A stretch of DNA of 64,000 nucleotides from a virus, in IMG/VR virus record IMGVR_UViG_3300046791_000454, positions 1-64,000 of that record. One strand, 5' to 3'. Below, piece by piece: positions 44,812 through 54,934 of the stretch. Positions within the stretch are counted from its first letter, which is position 1. Each line of letters begins with the position of its first letter. The position numbers were made by a program, and so were the translations under genes. The notes beneath the pieces were generated by a model that was not told the DNA's origin, did no database searches, and worked only from the letters and a program-made list of their open reading frames with translations.

Positions 44812-46041
44812 TCAATCCTCGAGTCCGAAGATCAGGTAATCGGGTTTCAGCAGCTTGACCTCGGTCATCGTGCCGCCGCCCATGTCGCGGCGCCGCGTCA
44901 CGGACTCGACCCACATGGGCCCTGCGATGCCCAGCTCGTCGTCTCGCACGTCAACGATGGTGTCGACGGACCAGACCATGCGGCCGCCCGCGAGCGCCGG
45001 GATCGTGTGTCCCGAAACCTTGTAGGTGAGCTCGAACTGATGTCTAGCGGCCTGCGCGCCCATCTTGCGAGCGAGGTACTCCGCCTGCTTGCTGCTCGTG
45101 ACGTGCTTGTCGCGCTTCACCCAGACGTTGGTGAACCCGAGCTCGACCATCTCGGGGTCGACGTACTCGCCGCGAATGCCTACACGTGAGCCGACCGGAG
45201 CGCCGAGGTCCGCGAGCTCATCGGGCAGCGGGTCGCCCGAGCTCGTGGGAGCGCCGCCGCCGCGGCCAACGACAACGTACCGGGCCGAGCGCCCCACGGT
45301 GTCGAACCGGAAGCGGTAGTCGATGACGTTGACGAGGTTCGGCGAGGCGCCGCGCTGCCGAGCGATGCGGCAAGCCGGCGCTTGGTTACGAGCCGGCGCG
45401 GAGAGGTAGTATTGACCGTTGACGCCGCAGTAGAGAAACAGTCCGGCGCGGTCGAGCTCACGCTTCAGGTAGTGATAGACCGTCTCGCCTGCCTTGCCCT
45501 GCACCTGCGGCTTCTGCGGCAGGGCCGTCGAGAGGATGTCGGCGAGGTCCGGCGGGATCTCGGTGACCTGCACCGGAACACCGGCGGCCTTCTTCCGGTT
45601 GTCGCCCACCTGGTTCTGGTCCGTCACGAGCACGAACGAGATGCCCAGGAACGTCAGGATGTCCTGAATGAGGCCCGAGTAGGTAGCGTTGCTGAAGGCC
45701 TTGTCAGCTTCTAGCTTGTTCTCGATGAGCGCCGACATGCCGTCGCGCCCGTGAATGGTGACCGTCGTGGCGCTCGCGTTGCCGTTCGCCTCGATGGCCG
45801 TCGTCATGCCGACGAACTGGACGATATTGCCGATGCGCAGTTCGAACGGGATGTTCGGTCCGTACGTCTGGAGGAAGTACTTGGCGACGTCGCCGCTGCC
45901 GAGCGTGATGCTAAACGTGCTCGGCTGCTCGAAGTAGCTCTGCCTGACTTCGTAGCTCTCGGCGATGAGGACGTCGCTGCCGTTCAGGCGAAGCGTCACC
46001 TGGTCGGACAGGCCGCCGATGTCGTCGGATGACGAGGCCAT
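44812..46041 (-). CDS. baseplate hub (Mu gp44/P-like)
   Basis: GRDGMSAL...GETVYHYL...VDVRDDELGI. Confidence 0.8.
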   Translation of the reverse strand: MASSSDDIGGLSDQVTLRLNGSDVLIAESYEVRQSYFEQPSTFSITLGSGDVAKYFLQTYGPNIPFELRIGNIVQFVGMTTAIEANGNASATTVTIHGRDGMSALIENKLEADKAFSNATYSGLIQDILTFLGISFVLVTDQNQVGDNRKKAAGVPVQVTEIPPDLADILSTALPQKPQVQGKAGETVYHYLKRELDRAGLFLYCGVNGQYYLSAPARNQAPACRIARQRGASPNLVNVIDYRFRFDTVGRSARYVVVGRGGGAPTSSGDPLPDELADLGAPVGSRVGIRGEYVDPEMVELGFTNVWVKRDKHVTSSKQAEYLARKMGAQAARHQFELTYKVSGHTIPALAGGRMVWSVDTIVDVRDDELGIAGPMWVESVTRRRDMGGGTMTEVKLLKPDYLIFGLED

Positions 46042-46044
46042 GGG

Positions 46045-46929
46045 CTACGCTGCGAGCACGAGGAGCGTGCGGCCCTGCGGGATGTTGAGCGGGTCTTCGA
46101 GCGCGTTCAACTTGAGGAGCGCGGTCGTCTTGGCGCTGGAGTTGTAGAGCGCGCGCGACACGTCGGAGATCGACATGATCTTCGGCGTCGTGAACGGCAT
46201 CAGCTTCGCGCTGTTGCGCTGCGAGTCAGCCTGGAGCTTCTGCGCGCTATCGCGGAGGAGCATGAACCGCTCGAGCAGGTCGGCGTTCGTGGCGAGGTTC
46301 AGGGCCGAGACGGTGGTGTCGAGGAACGACAAGAGGCCCATGAGCGCGTTCAGCTTGTTCATGAGCAGGTTGCCGTAGAGCTGCACCGTGTTGATGAGCC
46401 CAATCACGGAGTTGACCAGGGCTTGGAGCTGGTCAAAGATGTTGGGCGTCTTGACGCTGGCCAGGATGAAGAAGTCGTTCGCCGTGGCGCTCAGGCTCGA
46501 CGTCGTGACGTTGACGATGCCCGTGATGAGGAAGTCGTTGGTCTGGTCTTCCTCGAAGGTGAACGATGCGCGCTCGCCGTTCAGCAGCTTCTCGAAGTCG
46601 GTCGTCTGCTCCCAGGTGCGCAGCTTCGCCGGGATGTCGCCGATCGTCGGGACGTGGAGTGTGGCCGTGTCGCCGGCCTCTCCTCGTGCGCGAATCTCGG
46701 AGAGGCTGTTCGGCCATAGGGTCGGCGGGTAGCCAGCGGCGCCCTGCACGAAGAACGCGTCTACCTGGAATGTGTAGTTTTTCCGGCCCAGGATCTCGGG
46801 GCTGCCGCCGGGCGTCTTCGGATATTCGTGCGTGTGAATGCGATGCTCGCCGCGCGTGACGCACTTGGAGATCGGAAACGCAATCCCGTCGAAGCTCATC
46901 TTGGTGAGCTGGTCGAATGCGGTGGCCAC
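46045..46929 (-). CDS. DNA circularization / tube initiator protein (Mu gp43-like)
   Basis: SFDGIAF...HEYP....EILGRK...LHVPTIG; LysM-like end LN..EDPLNIPQG. Confidence 0.8.
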   Translation of the reverse strand: MATAFDQLTKMSFDGIAFPISKCVTRGEHRIHTHEYPKTPGGSPEILGRKNYTFQVDAFFVQGAAGYPPTLWPNSLSEIRARGEAGDTATLHVPTIGDIPAKLRTWEQTTDFEKLLNGERASFTFEEDQTNDFLITGIVNVTTSSLSATANDFFILASVKTPNIFDQLQALVNSVIGLINTVQLYGNLLMNKLNALMGLLSFLDTTVSALNLATNADLLERFMLLRDSAQKLQADSQRNSAKLMPFTTPKIMSISDVSRALYNSSAKTTALLKLNALEDPLNIPQGRTLLVLAA

Positions 46930-46934
46930 GGGGG

Positions 46935-49205
46935 CTACTTGATGTCGCCGGAGTCGACGTTCTGCCCGGCGCTGCCACCGACAACCTTGACGGTGAGCGT
47001 GCCCTTCATCGCCTCGACGAGGCGCTCCTGAACGGCCTTGCTCTGCGCAAGCTGCTCCTTGAGCTCGTCCAGGTTGCCGGCGTCCGCTCTGGTGCCCGAG
47101 TCGGCGCTCGTGCCCAGTAGACCGAATGTGCTCTTGCTGAACATGTCGCTTGCGACGCCCACGAGGCTCGACGCGTTCTCCGCATCCATCACCTTCGTCT
47201 GGAGCTGCTGCTTCTCGTTCGTGGCCTGAAGGAGAGCCAACTGGTCTTCCTTCGTCATCGTGCCAGCCGCGACCGAGCCGCGCGCCTGCTTCAGCGCTTC
47301 GGTGTCCGCCTCGACGGACTTCATGTTGTCGGTGGTGCGCGTGAGCTCCTCGGACGCCGACGACAGGATGGCCGACCCGATTGCGACACCGCCGCCGATG
47401 CCAAGCATGGCCGCGCCGGCCTTGCTGCCGAGGCCCGCGGGGCCGCCACCAGGACCGCCCGTGCCCTGGACCATCTTCTGGAGGGCGCCGGCAATCACCT
47501 GCCCGATTGCGGCCTTCGCGATGCTCGCCACGATGGCGCCGACGATGACCTTGCCCGGATTGTCGGCGGCCCACGCGACGGCCTTTGCCATCGACTCGGC
47601 GAACTGGAGCAGTGACGGCGCCGCTTTCTCGAGAACGGGCAGGACCCTCTCGGCGAGGGCTCCGGCGCTACGCTCGAGCGCGTTGTTGAAGAGCTGCGCG
47701 CGCGCGGTGCTCTCCTTCAAACGCTCGGCGTTGTCCTTCTCGACCTGAGCCTGAGAAAGGACGGCGCCGCCGAGCTCCTTGAACTCCTTATTGATGGCGT
47801 CGAGGCCCTTCTGCCCGCCGCCGGCCGAGACGAACGTCTGCCGCAGACCCTCGACACCCTTCAGGGCTTGCTGCGAGCCGAACAGCTGGGCCAGTTGGGC
47901 CTGGTTGCCGCCCGTCTTGAAGAGGGCGGCCTTGATGATCTGCATCGGGTCTTTGAGCGTCGTCTTGGTCTTAGGGTCGTCCCAGACGTTGATGCCCTCT
48001 TTCTCGAAGGCCTGAAGGCGCGCCTTCTTCCCGAACGTGGCCGCGATGGCCGACACGGCGGTCACAGCCTGCGCGGCGCTGCCGCTGCCGCCTGCCTTCG
48101 CGGACTCCTGAGCGAGGAAGCCGACCGTCTTCATGAGGTTCGCTCGGTCACCTCCGAACCGGCCTGCGACCGCAAGCAGCTTCGGAAGCTGAGCGGCGAG
48201 GTCGGCCATGTCGATGGCACCGAGCTTTCCCTGCGCGGACAGGGACCGCATGATGTCGTTGATGGCGAGCATCTTGCCGCGCTTGTCGGCGCCGAAGCTG
48301 TCGTCGAGCTTCAGGCTGAGGACGCCAGCGTCGGCGGCGAGTTTCTTGAAGTCGGCGCCCGTCGAGTTGGCGAGCATGCCGATGCCGCCAATCATCTCGC
48401 GCGCGCCTTGCAGGTCGCCGCTCTTGTTGACGAATTCCATCATGGCGTCGCCAACGTCTTTGGTGCTGTGCGCGGTGGCGTCGGCCGCCGTCTGCATGTC
48501 CTTGAGGATGGCGGCGGGGTCTTGCTTCTGGCCTGGGATCCCGGCCTGGCCCTCCTGAAAGCCTTTGCGGCTCAGGAGCGAGGCCGTCTCTTGGGCACCC
48601 ATCGCCGCGCTCGCCTGCGCACCGATGTCGAGCTTGACGCCGGCCGCGCCGGCGAGCTCCATGCCGAGGCGGCCGGCGCCTCGCGCCATGCCGCCGAACG
48701 TGCCTACGGCGTTCCTGGCGCCGGCGGCGAGACCGCCACGGCCCTGCTGGCCGGCGAATGCAGCTGCCTTCTCCTCGGCCTTCATCTTGGCCGCGGCAAC
48801 GCGCTGGATGTCGCGCTCCTCGGCGTCGTAGGCCTTCTGCGAAGCGCGGACCTTCGCGTCGAACGCCTTCATGTCGGCGCGCTCTCGCTGTTGGGCGGAG
48901 CGCTGCGCCGCGGTGGCCTCTTGCTGCGCCGCCTTCTCGAACGACGCCGCGATCTTCGCGTTCGCCTTCTCGGCGTTCGCGAGCGCCTTAGCGTACTCCT
49001 TCTCCTGAGCCGCGCTCGACTTCGCAGCCGCCTTCTCCGCCGCGGTGGCCGCCTTCATGGCAGCGGCCTCCTGCGAGGTCCCCATGGCAGCGGCGTCGGC
49101 GGAGACTTTCGCGCGCGCCTTCGCGCTGATGCCTTCGATCTGACCGAAGACGGCGGCAAACGAGCCGTCGATGGCGGCACTTACGCCGATGCGGATGTCG
49201 CCCAC
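46935..49205 (-). CDS. tape measure protein
   Basis: 756 aa, Ala/Gly/Lys-rich helical; position. Confidence 0.85.
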   Translation of the reverse strand: MGDIRIGVSAAIDGSFAAVFGQIEGISAKARAKVSADAAAMGTSQEAAAMKAATAAEKAAAKSSAAQEKEYAKALANAEKANAKIAASFEKAAQQEATAAQRSAQQRERADMKAFDAKVRASQKAYDAEERDIQRVAAAKMKAEEKAAAFAGQQGRGGLAAGARNAVGTFGGMARGAGRLGMELAGAAGVKLDIGAQASAAMGAQETASLLSRKGFQEGQAGIPGQKQDPAAILKDMQTAADATAHSTKDVGDAMMEFVNKSGDLQGAREMIGGIGMLANSTGADFKKLAADAGVLSLKLDDSFGADKRGKMLAINDIMRSLSAQGKLGAIDMADLAAQLPKLLAVAGRFGGDRANLMKTVGFLAQESAKAGGSGSAAQAVTAVSAIAATFGKKARLQAFEKEGINVWDDPKTKTTLKDPMQIIKAALFKTGGNQAQLAQLFGSQQALKGVEGLRQTFVSAGGGQKGLDAINKEFKELGGAVLSQAQVEKDNAERLKESTARAQLFNNALERSAGALAERVLPVLEKAAPSLLQFAESMAKAVAWAADNPGKVIVGAIVASIAKAAIGQVIAGALQKMVQGTGGPGGGPAGLGSKAGAAMLGIGGGVAIGSAILSSASEELTRTTDNMKSVEADTEALKQARGSVAAGTMTKEDQLALLQATNEKQQLQTKVMDAENASSLVGVASDMFSKSTFGLLGTSADSGTRADAGNLDELKEQLAQSKAVQERLVEAMKGTLTVKVVGGSAGQNVDSGDIK

Positions 49206-49206
49206 G

Positions 49207-49782
49207 CTACCCGCCTTCGATCATGGTGAGCGCACGTCCAAGGAGCCGGCGCACCTTGCGGGCCTGCTCGAACGGCATGGCGGACCACGCGTCGCCGGCC
49301 GCAATGAGCTCGCCGAGCGCGTGGAGCCGAGCATCGTCGACCTCCTCGCCGAGCGGGTCGGTCGCCGCCTTCAGGACCTCGTACTCCTCGCACAGCGTCC
49401 GCACGCCTGCGGGCGTGAGCGCCACGAACACGGCGTCGGCCTGCACGTCCCAAAAGGGCAGCGAGGCGTCGTCAGGCTGGCACAGCGCGCGCCCCAGCGC
49501 CTCGCGGCAGAAGGCATCGTGGAACGCCTCGATGCGGCGCTCCTCGTCGTCCGGGAAGGCCCGGGCGGCGCGCTTGCTGGCCTCGGTTCGGAAGTATTGC
49601 AGGTCCGCCGAGCTCGTGAGCCTGAGGCCGACCTTGACCGTCTTGCCGAGCTTCGGGCGGTTGCCCCAGGTGTCCGCGAACGCGGTGCCGGGGAGCTCCA
49701 CGACGCGAGGCGCCGCGCGCGTCTCGACCTTCTCCGTCGTGCCAGCGAGGGCCCGGAAGAGCTCGTTCTTGAAGGCGCCCAT
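49207..49782 (-). CDS. hypothetical protein (second tail chaperone-like)
   Basis: lies between chaperone and tape measure. Confidence 0.6.
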   Translation of the reverse strand: MGAFKNELFRALAGTTEKVETRAAPRVVELPGTAFADTWGNRPKLGKTVKVGLRLTSSADLQYFRTEASKRAARAFPDDEERRIEAFHDAFCREALGRALCQPDDASLPFWDVQADAVFVALTPAGVRTLCEEYEVLKAATDPLGEEVDDARLHALGELIAAGDAWSAMPFEQARKVRRLLGRALTMIEGG

Positions 49783-49785
49783 GCG

Positions 49786-50388
49786 TCAGCTATCAAGCTT
49801 GGGACTTGGGTCGGAGCTGCTCGGCTTCTCGGCGGAGTCCGATCCAGTAGGCGACTTGCGCTCGAGTAAGCTCACAAGCAGGTTGGCCGAAAAAAGAAAC
49901 GAGCTCTCGAGCCTGGACCGCGGCCACAAGGCGAAAGGGAGGTCCTCGCCCTCGGCGGCGGACGCGATCTTGTAGATGTCGGCGATGTACTCCTCGGCGG
50001 AGCTCGACGACGGGCGCGGCGAGACCGACTCTTGGTGCCGCGCCTGCCACTCGGACAGGAGGAAGATGCGCTCACGGTCAAGGCCTGCCTGGATCTGCTC
50101 GGCGCTTTCGAAGTACGGATCCGGGTTCTTGGGATCGCTCTCCGAGTCCACGCACGCGTGGAGACAGACAGCAATGGCCTTGCCGAATTCGTAGAGCGGG
50201 TTGCCGTCCTTCGGGTCGGCTACCTTGTGAGAAATGGCAAAAGCCCGCGCCTCGTCCAGAACGATTGCATCGTCTGAACCGAGGAGCGGGCGCAAAGAGC
50301 ACGTCGCTTGGGTCTCGCCGTCCAGCAGCGGGAAAGTGACTTGCTTTAGCGCTCGGGTGCCTTTCGCGATCTGGGAGAACTTGGCCAC
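49786..50388 (-). CDS. tail assembly chaperone
   Basis: follows the tube gene; GGAGG SD; contains a slippery site. Confidence 0.7.
   Translation of the reverse strand: MAKFSQIAKGTRALKQVTFPLLDGETQATCSLRPLLGSDDAIVLDEARAFAISHKVADPKDGNPLYEFGKAIAVCLHACVDSESDPKNPDPYFESAEQIQAGLDRERIFLLSEWQARHQESVSPRPSSSSAEEYIADIYKIASAAEGEDLPFALWPRSRLESSFLFSANLLVSLLERKSPTGSDSAEKPSSSDPSPKLDS
49933..49939 (-). other. putative -1 ribosomal frameshift site C CCT TTC
   Basis: X XXY YYZ heptamer in frame; -1 frame open to 49793. Confidence 0.7.
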
Positions 50389-50407
50389 TTGGCCTCCAGG
50401 TTGGACT

Positions 50408-50785
50408 TCATCCGACGAGCTTCGGCTCCTCGGTGTTGATGAGCGTGAGCGCCATGGTCGTCTCGCCGGATTTCGACGTCGACTTGACCGACGCCTTCGT
50501 GGCCTGCACGCCGCACGAGAAGAGCTTGGTGCCAAACAGGAAGGAGACCGTTGCGGTCTTGCGGTTCATCACGTCGGAGGTCATGCCTGCCGCGTCGGTA
50601 TCGTCGTTCGCGAACACGAAGTCGCCCGTGATCTGGACGGTCGCGACACCCTGCGCGATAGAGATGACCTTGCCGTCGCCGATCATCTGCGTCGCGTTGT
50701 TGTCGATGTCGACGTTGGAGTTCTGGGCGGCTTCGATGCGCTTCGAGTTGTAGTAGAACGACATGAAGGTCGTCGTGCTTGCCAT
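50408..50785 (-). CDS. tail tube protein
   Basis: 125 aa directly after the sheath. Confidence 0.75.
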   Translation of the reverse strand: MASTTTFMSFYYNSKRIEAAQNSNVDIDNNATQMIGDGKVISIAQGVATVQITGDFVFANDDTDAAGMTSDVMNRKTATVSFLFGTKLFSCGVQATKASVKSTSKSGETTMALTLINTEEPKLVG

Positions 50786-50848
50786 GACTGTGCCTTTCGG
50801 AGCCGAGGGCTTCCGTCGTTCTTGAGCGAATCCGTGTCAGCGAGCGCG

Positions 50849-52354
50849 TTACGCGTTCAGAGCGGAGACCTGCACGCCGATCTGGTGCTGGATGGGAGTA
50901 GCGATGACCGCGACTGCCGTGAGGATGTGCGGAGTCGGCCCGCTGTCGTCGAAGGCGGAGACGGGCGGATTGAGCGCCGTCTCCGTGAGGATAGTTTGGT
51001 CCTCGAGTTGCGACAGGATGACCGCCACGCGGTCATTCCAGGACTTGGGCGTGGCAACGCCTGCGGGGCGCGGCTTCTCGCCGGCTGCCGTGTCGGGGTT
51101 GTCTGCGACCTTCGGGTTCGCGATGACGAAGCTGGTCGTCCACTCGAGGTTCAGCACGTCGCGCACGTAGTCGGGCACGACAGCTTGCGACACGTCGAGC
51201 GTGCGGTAGTCCGGCGTGGAGCCGTTGAGGCTGTGCGTCGTGACAGCGCGCACGACCGAGACCGTGCCGTCGCTATTCGTCACGAGCGGCGTCACGCCTT
51301 CGCCGAGCGCCGTCTCCTGAGTCGTGCTGGAAGCCCAGTCGCTCGGCGCCGCCTGCGGTGCGATGCCAGCGAGGACCGTGCCGTCATAGCCGCTGTCAGG
51401 GTCCGTCTGTTCCTTGAACGTGCGGAGCGCCGCCATGTAGGCGCTGATTTCGCTCGAGTGACTCTCAGAGTTGAGGAGCCAGCACGCCTGGAAGCGCTCG
51501 TTGTTGAGCGTGGTCGTCGCGATGGTCGCGAGGGACGCGAGCGCGATGTTCGTCGACACGACGGCGTGTTCCATCCGGCCCTCGGTCGATGCCGCCTTGT
51601 TGTTGAGCTGCGTCTTCCAGGCCGCCAGCGACGTCGCGTCGTTCTGCGCGATCGCGATGCGGTGGTAACGCCCCGGGAAGAGCGTCGCGAGCATCGTGGT
51701 CATGGTCTCGGAGACCGTGCCGTTGTGGAACAGAACGCCGCCGCCCGTGACCGACGCGCCGCCCGCGAGCGTGACCGTGAGGCCTGTCGGCGCCGCGGTG
51801 AGGTCCTTGAAGACGATGTATTCGTTGCCGCGGATGCCGACCTGCTTGACCGTGAGCGTGACGACGCTCGTGAGGTCAGCGGCCGTCACCGGCGCAGTGG
51901 TGTCGGCGTTGATCGACGCGGCGAGCGCGACACCAACCTGGTCGGTCGTGTCGCCGGCGCCCACCGCGGCCGTGTAGAGCTTGCCACCGACGCGAACGCC
52001 GACAGTGCCGCCAACCGTCCAGGTGCCGCCGATTGTCACCGTGGCGACCGCGGCGACGCCGCCGCCGCTCGTGGGCGAAGCGATCTTGAGCTGGACTCCC
52101 GGGACCCTGAGGGCAGCGTAGCCCATGCGCGCGAGCTCGCTGCCCGCTCCGGCGTACGTGTTGAGCGTCGTCTGGTCCGAGACGCTGAGCACGTCCGTGT
52201 CCGCCGTCATGGTGCCCGCCGAGCTCTTGAGACCGCAGAGCAGGCAGATGAGCGGGATCGACCCGATGCTGATGGGGCCGGCGCCGAATACGGTTTGGCC
52301 GAAGAAGCCGGGGCGCTTCGTGCTTGCCGAGAAGCCGGCGATGATGATGGGCAT
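50849..52354 (-). CDS. tail sheath protein (Mu gpL-like)
   Basis: GAGSELARM...GIRGN...ALGEGVTPL...RAVTT. Confidence 0.88.
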   Translation of the reverse strand: MPIIIAGFSASTKRPGFFGQTVFGAGPISIGSIPLICLLCGLKSSAGTMTADTDVLSVSDQTTLNTYAGAGSELARMGYAALRVPGVQLKIASPTSGGGVAAVATVTIGGTWTVGGTVGVRVGGKLYTAAVGAGDTTDQVGVALAASINADTTAPVTAADLTSVVTLTVKQVGIRGNEYIVFKDLTAAPTGLTVTLAGGASVTGGGVLFHNGTVSETMTTMLATLFPGRYHRIAIAQNDATSLAAWKTQLNNKAASTEGRMEHAVVSTNIALASLATIATTTLNNERFQACWLLNSESHSSEISAYMAALRTFKEQTDPDSGYDGTVLAGIAPQAAPSDWASSTTQETALGEGVTPLVTNSDGTVSVVRAVTTHSLNGSTPDYRTLDVSQAVVPDYVRDVLNLEWTTSFVIANPKVADNPDTAAGEKPRPAGVATPKSWNDRVAVILSQLEDQTILTETALNPPVSAFDDSGPTPHILTAVAVIATPIQHQIGVQVSALNA

Positions 52355-52355
52355 G

Positions 52356-52916
52356 TCAGGTCCCCTTGGCCGGCGCGACCCGCGCGCTCGACGGAGGTGC
52401 CGCGGCCTGCGCGACTGCTTTCGGTTCGGGCTTGGGTTCCGCCTTCGCCGGCGGAGGCGCGTGGAGCGAGCCGTTCTCGGCTTCGTGGGCGAGGAACGCG
52501 GGCTCCTCGCCGTAGGCGGCCTGCCACTTGGCAACGGCCTCTTTGCGGGCCGAGTCGAGGGCCTGCTCCAGCGGGAGCACTTCGAGCTTCTGCTCCCCGT
52601 AGCTCCCGCGACGAGCGGTGTGCGGATTGGCCGGAAAGAGGTGCCCGGCGCGAAGAGCCGCGCGGTGGTCGCGCGTATCGTCGATCTCGACCTGAGTGCC
52701 CGAGAACTCGAACCAGTTATCCTGGTCCGAGACCTCTTCGACGCCCTTGACCATCTGCGATGCGTTCACGCGCACGCAGAGCTTCGCGCCGACCCAGCGG
52801 CGGATGCGGCGGTCCGTATCCTCGCGAACGGCGCCGCATGGCATGCCGTTGTGGTCCAGGGCGAAGTAGGGATTGGCAAACACCACGAGTCGACGCGGCG
52901 GGCGAGGTGCGGGCAT
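52356..52916 (-). CDS. hypothetical protein
   Basis: late operon ORF before the sheath. Confidence 0.6.
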   Translation of the reverse strand: MPAPRPPRRLVVFANPYFALDHNGMPCGAVREDTDRRIRRWVGAKLCVRVNASQMVKGVEEVSDQDNWFEFSGTQVEIDDTRDHRAALRAGHLFPANPHTARRGSYGEQKLEVLPLEQALDSARKEAVAKWQAAYGEEPAFLAHEAENGSLHAPPPAKAEPKPEPKAVAQAAAPPSSARVAPAKGT

Positions 52917-52936
52917 GTTGACCTGTGGGGTTGGAG

Positions 52937-54013
52937 CTACGGAGTAAACGACTCGATGACCGAGCCGTCGGAGCGCAGAAGCGAGGCCGTCAGAGAGGCG
53001 TCTGCGAGGTCGTCGGTGTCGCGAACGCGCTGCTCACGCACGACGTACGAGAACTCGACGGCCGGGTATGCGAGCGGCTTGCCGTTGTCGCGTTGAATCT
53101 TGAGGTAGCGCCAGGCCGCTTGCTTGAGCGCCCAGACCTTCATGGCGCCGAGCGCAGGAAGGAGCAGCGTGCCACGACCGGCGAAGGCGCCTGTGCCAAC
53201 GGTGATGGTGCCGGCAGTGCCGGTCTGCGCGTCGACTGCGACGCTCACGACGGCAGTGTAGCCGTTGGCCGAAGCGAACGTCTCCGCGCCCGTCAGGATG
53301 ACGAAGACCTCGCTCTGCGCGAAGCCGAGGACGTCGAGGCCCGAGAGCGTGATGGTCGAGCCGAGCGTGAAACTGCCAGCCGTGCCGCCGAGTGCGATGG
53401 TCACGCCGCGCGGAGGCGTGATGACGGCAGGGCCGATGCTGCCGTCGAGGCCAGCGCCGGCGTACGTGTGCTGCGACGTGAGCGTCGCCTTCGTGAGCAG
53501 GATGCTGCTCGGCAGCGCGGCGACGTTGAGCGCCTTCGAGTCTTGGTCCAGAGGATTCTGGTAGGCCGGGTGGCGCGTCTTCCAGATGGCGTCCGAGATG
53601 ACCTTGGAGAGGCCGGAGATGATGGGCTTGTAGGGCCCGGAGCGCGCTTGCGGCTGCTCGGGCGGGACCCAGAGAAACGTCCAGGCGTCCTCTGCGACGA
53701 GCCACTCGCCTGTGTAGTCGTAGGGGGCGACGTTGGGCTTGCGGTAGCCGTAGAGAGCGCCGCCCTTGGCGTCGTTGAAGAACCCGCCGCCCGCCTCTTC
53801 CGGGTTGTACGGGAAGACGAAGCGGATGGGGTCTTGGCCCGGAGCGCGCTTGCGCCACGCGTCGCCCATCTCGGCGTTCACGACTGCCTTGATGAAGGCG
53901 AGCATGACGTCGAGGCCCGGGTCGGAGACCGCGGAGAGCGACGCTACGTTGGGGTCAGGGCCGTCGGTCGGCGCCAGAACCGGCAGCTCGGTCGCGCCGT
54001 ACGTGTCGGCCAT
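52937..54013 (-). CDS. tail completion/terminator-like protein with inserted beta domain
   Basis: position; internal PRGVT...TITLSGLDVLG...SE segment. Confidence 0.55.
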   Translation of the reverse strand: MADTYGATELPVLAPTDGPDPNVASLSAVSDPGLDVMLAFIKAVVNAEMGDAWRKRAPGQDPIRFVFPYNPEEAGGGFFNDAKGGALYGYRKPNVAPYDYTGEWLVAEDAWTFLWVPPEQPQARSGPYKPIISGLSKVISDAIWKTRHPAYQNPLDQDSKALNVAALPSSILLTKATLTSQHTYAGAGLDGSIGPAVITPPRGVTIALGGTAGSFTLGSTITLSGLDVLGFAQSEVFVILTGAETFASANGYTAVVSVAVDAQTGTAGTITVGTGAFAGRGTLLLPALGAMKVWALKQAAWRYLKIQRDNGKPLAYPAVEFSYVVREQRVRDTDDLADASLTASLLRSDGSVIESFTP

Positions 54014-54016
54014 GGC

Positions 54017-54463
54017 TCAGCCCTTCAGGCGCGCTTGGATGTCTCCGACGACCTTGCCCTCAATCGTCGCCTTCGCGATCTCGGCTGCGTGCTCCGCCGC
54101 CGGCTGCATAAACGGCTGCGCCGAGGTCCCAGGGTGCTGAACACGCTGAGCGAAGCGGTGGCCGCCGTCGCGACCAATCCAGTGGAGCGCCCGCGCGTTC
54201 TTGACTTCGATCTCGTGCGGAGAGGTGGCCTCTTCCACGAAGCTCGCGTAGTCGGCCTTCGCGACCAGGGCGTCGCCCTCGTGGCCGATGCTGGCCGTGA
54301 GGTTGGCCGTCTGGTCCTTGTAGGTGTGGTTCGCCTTGGCGAAGGCCACGCCGGCGTCTAGGCCCGTCTGGATGGCGTCCGACACGCCCGTGTCGAGCAT
54401 GCCGTCGGCGTCCGCCATGGCGGCCTGGAGCTCGGATAGGTCCCAGTCGACGGAGAAGGACAT
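54017..54463 (-). CDS. HK97 gp10-like tail completion protein
   Basis: TANLTASI...YASFVEE...HPGTSAQPFMQPA. Confidence 0.8.
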   Translation of the reverse strand: MSFSVDWDLSELQAAMADADGMLDTGVSDAIQTGLDAGVAFAKANHTYKDQTANLTASIGHEGDALVAKADYASFVEEATSPHEIEVKNARALHWIGRDGGHRFAQRVQHPGTSAQPFMQPAAEHAAEIAKATIEGKVVGDIQARLKG

Positions 54464-54925
54464 CTAGAAGTCGCCTCCGATGTACCTTCCGTCGGACGTG
54501 TCGAGGAAGGCCCGAGGACCGTTCGACACGACCACGCCGCCGACGTTGGCTGGCTTCGCGGTGGTATCAGGGAGCCGCTGCGTGGCTGCCTGCACGCGTA
54601 GCGCGAAGGTGTCCGCGCGCTTGCGCATCTCGGCGGCCTGCCCGCTGCGCACGAGCTCGGGGTGGCGCTCGAACGCGTAGGAGCGGAAAAACTCGAGAGC
54701 GAGGATTCGCACGAGGCGGTCCGTCGCTTCGATGACGCCGATGGCGTACTCGGGCAGGAGGTACGACGCCGTTTGCCCCTCGGCAGCGTCAATGTCGAGC
54801 AGCACCGCCGCCGAGGTCGCCGGGTCGAAGACGCCCGGACCCAGGTTGGTGTCGTCGTAGATTTCGCGAAGCACCGCGGGCGACAGGAAGGCCTCTACGT
54901 CGGCAGAGGAGATCCAAACGCTCAT
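54464..54925 (-). CDS. head-tail adaptor (DUF1320 / Mu gp36-like)
   Basis: IDAAEGQTASYL..Y; position. Confidence 0.7.
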   Translation of the reverse strand: MSVWISSADVEAFLSPAVLREIYDDTNLGPGVFDPATSAAVLLDIDAAEGQTASYLLPEYAIGVIEATDRLVRILALEFFRSYAFERHPELVRSGQAAEMRKRADTFALRVQAATQRLPDTTAKPANVGGVVVSNGPRAFLDTSDGRYIGGDF

Positions 54926-54934
54926 GGTGAGACC

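Noticed and set aside
49889-49895. T TTT TTC as the chaperone slippery site
   Set aside because: Not in register with frame 0; it fits only the -1 frame and would lead to an early stop
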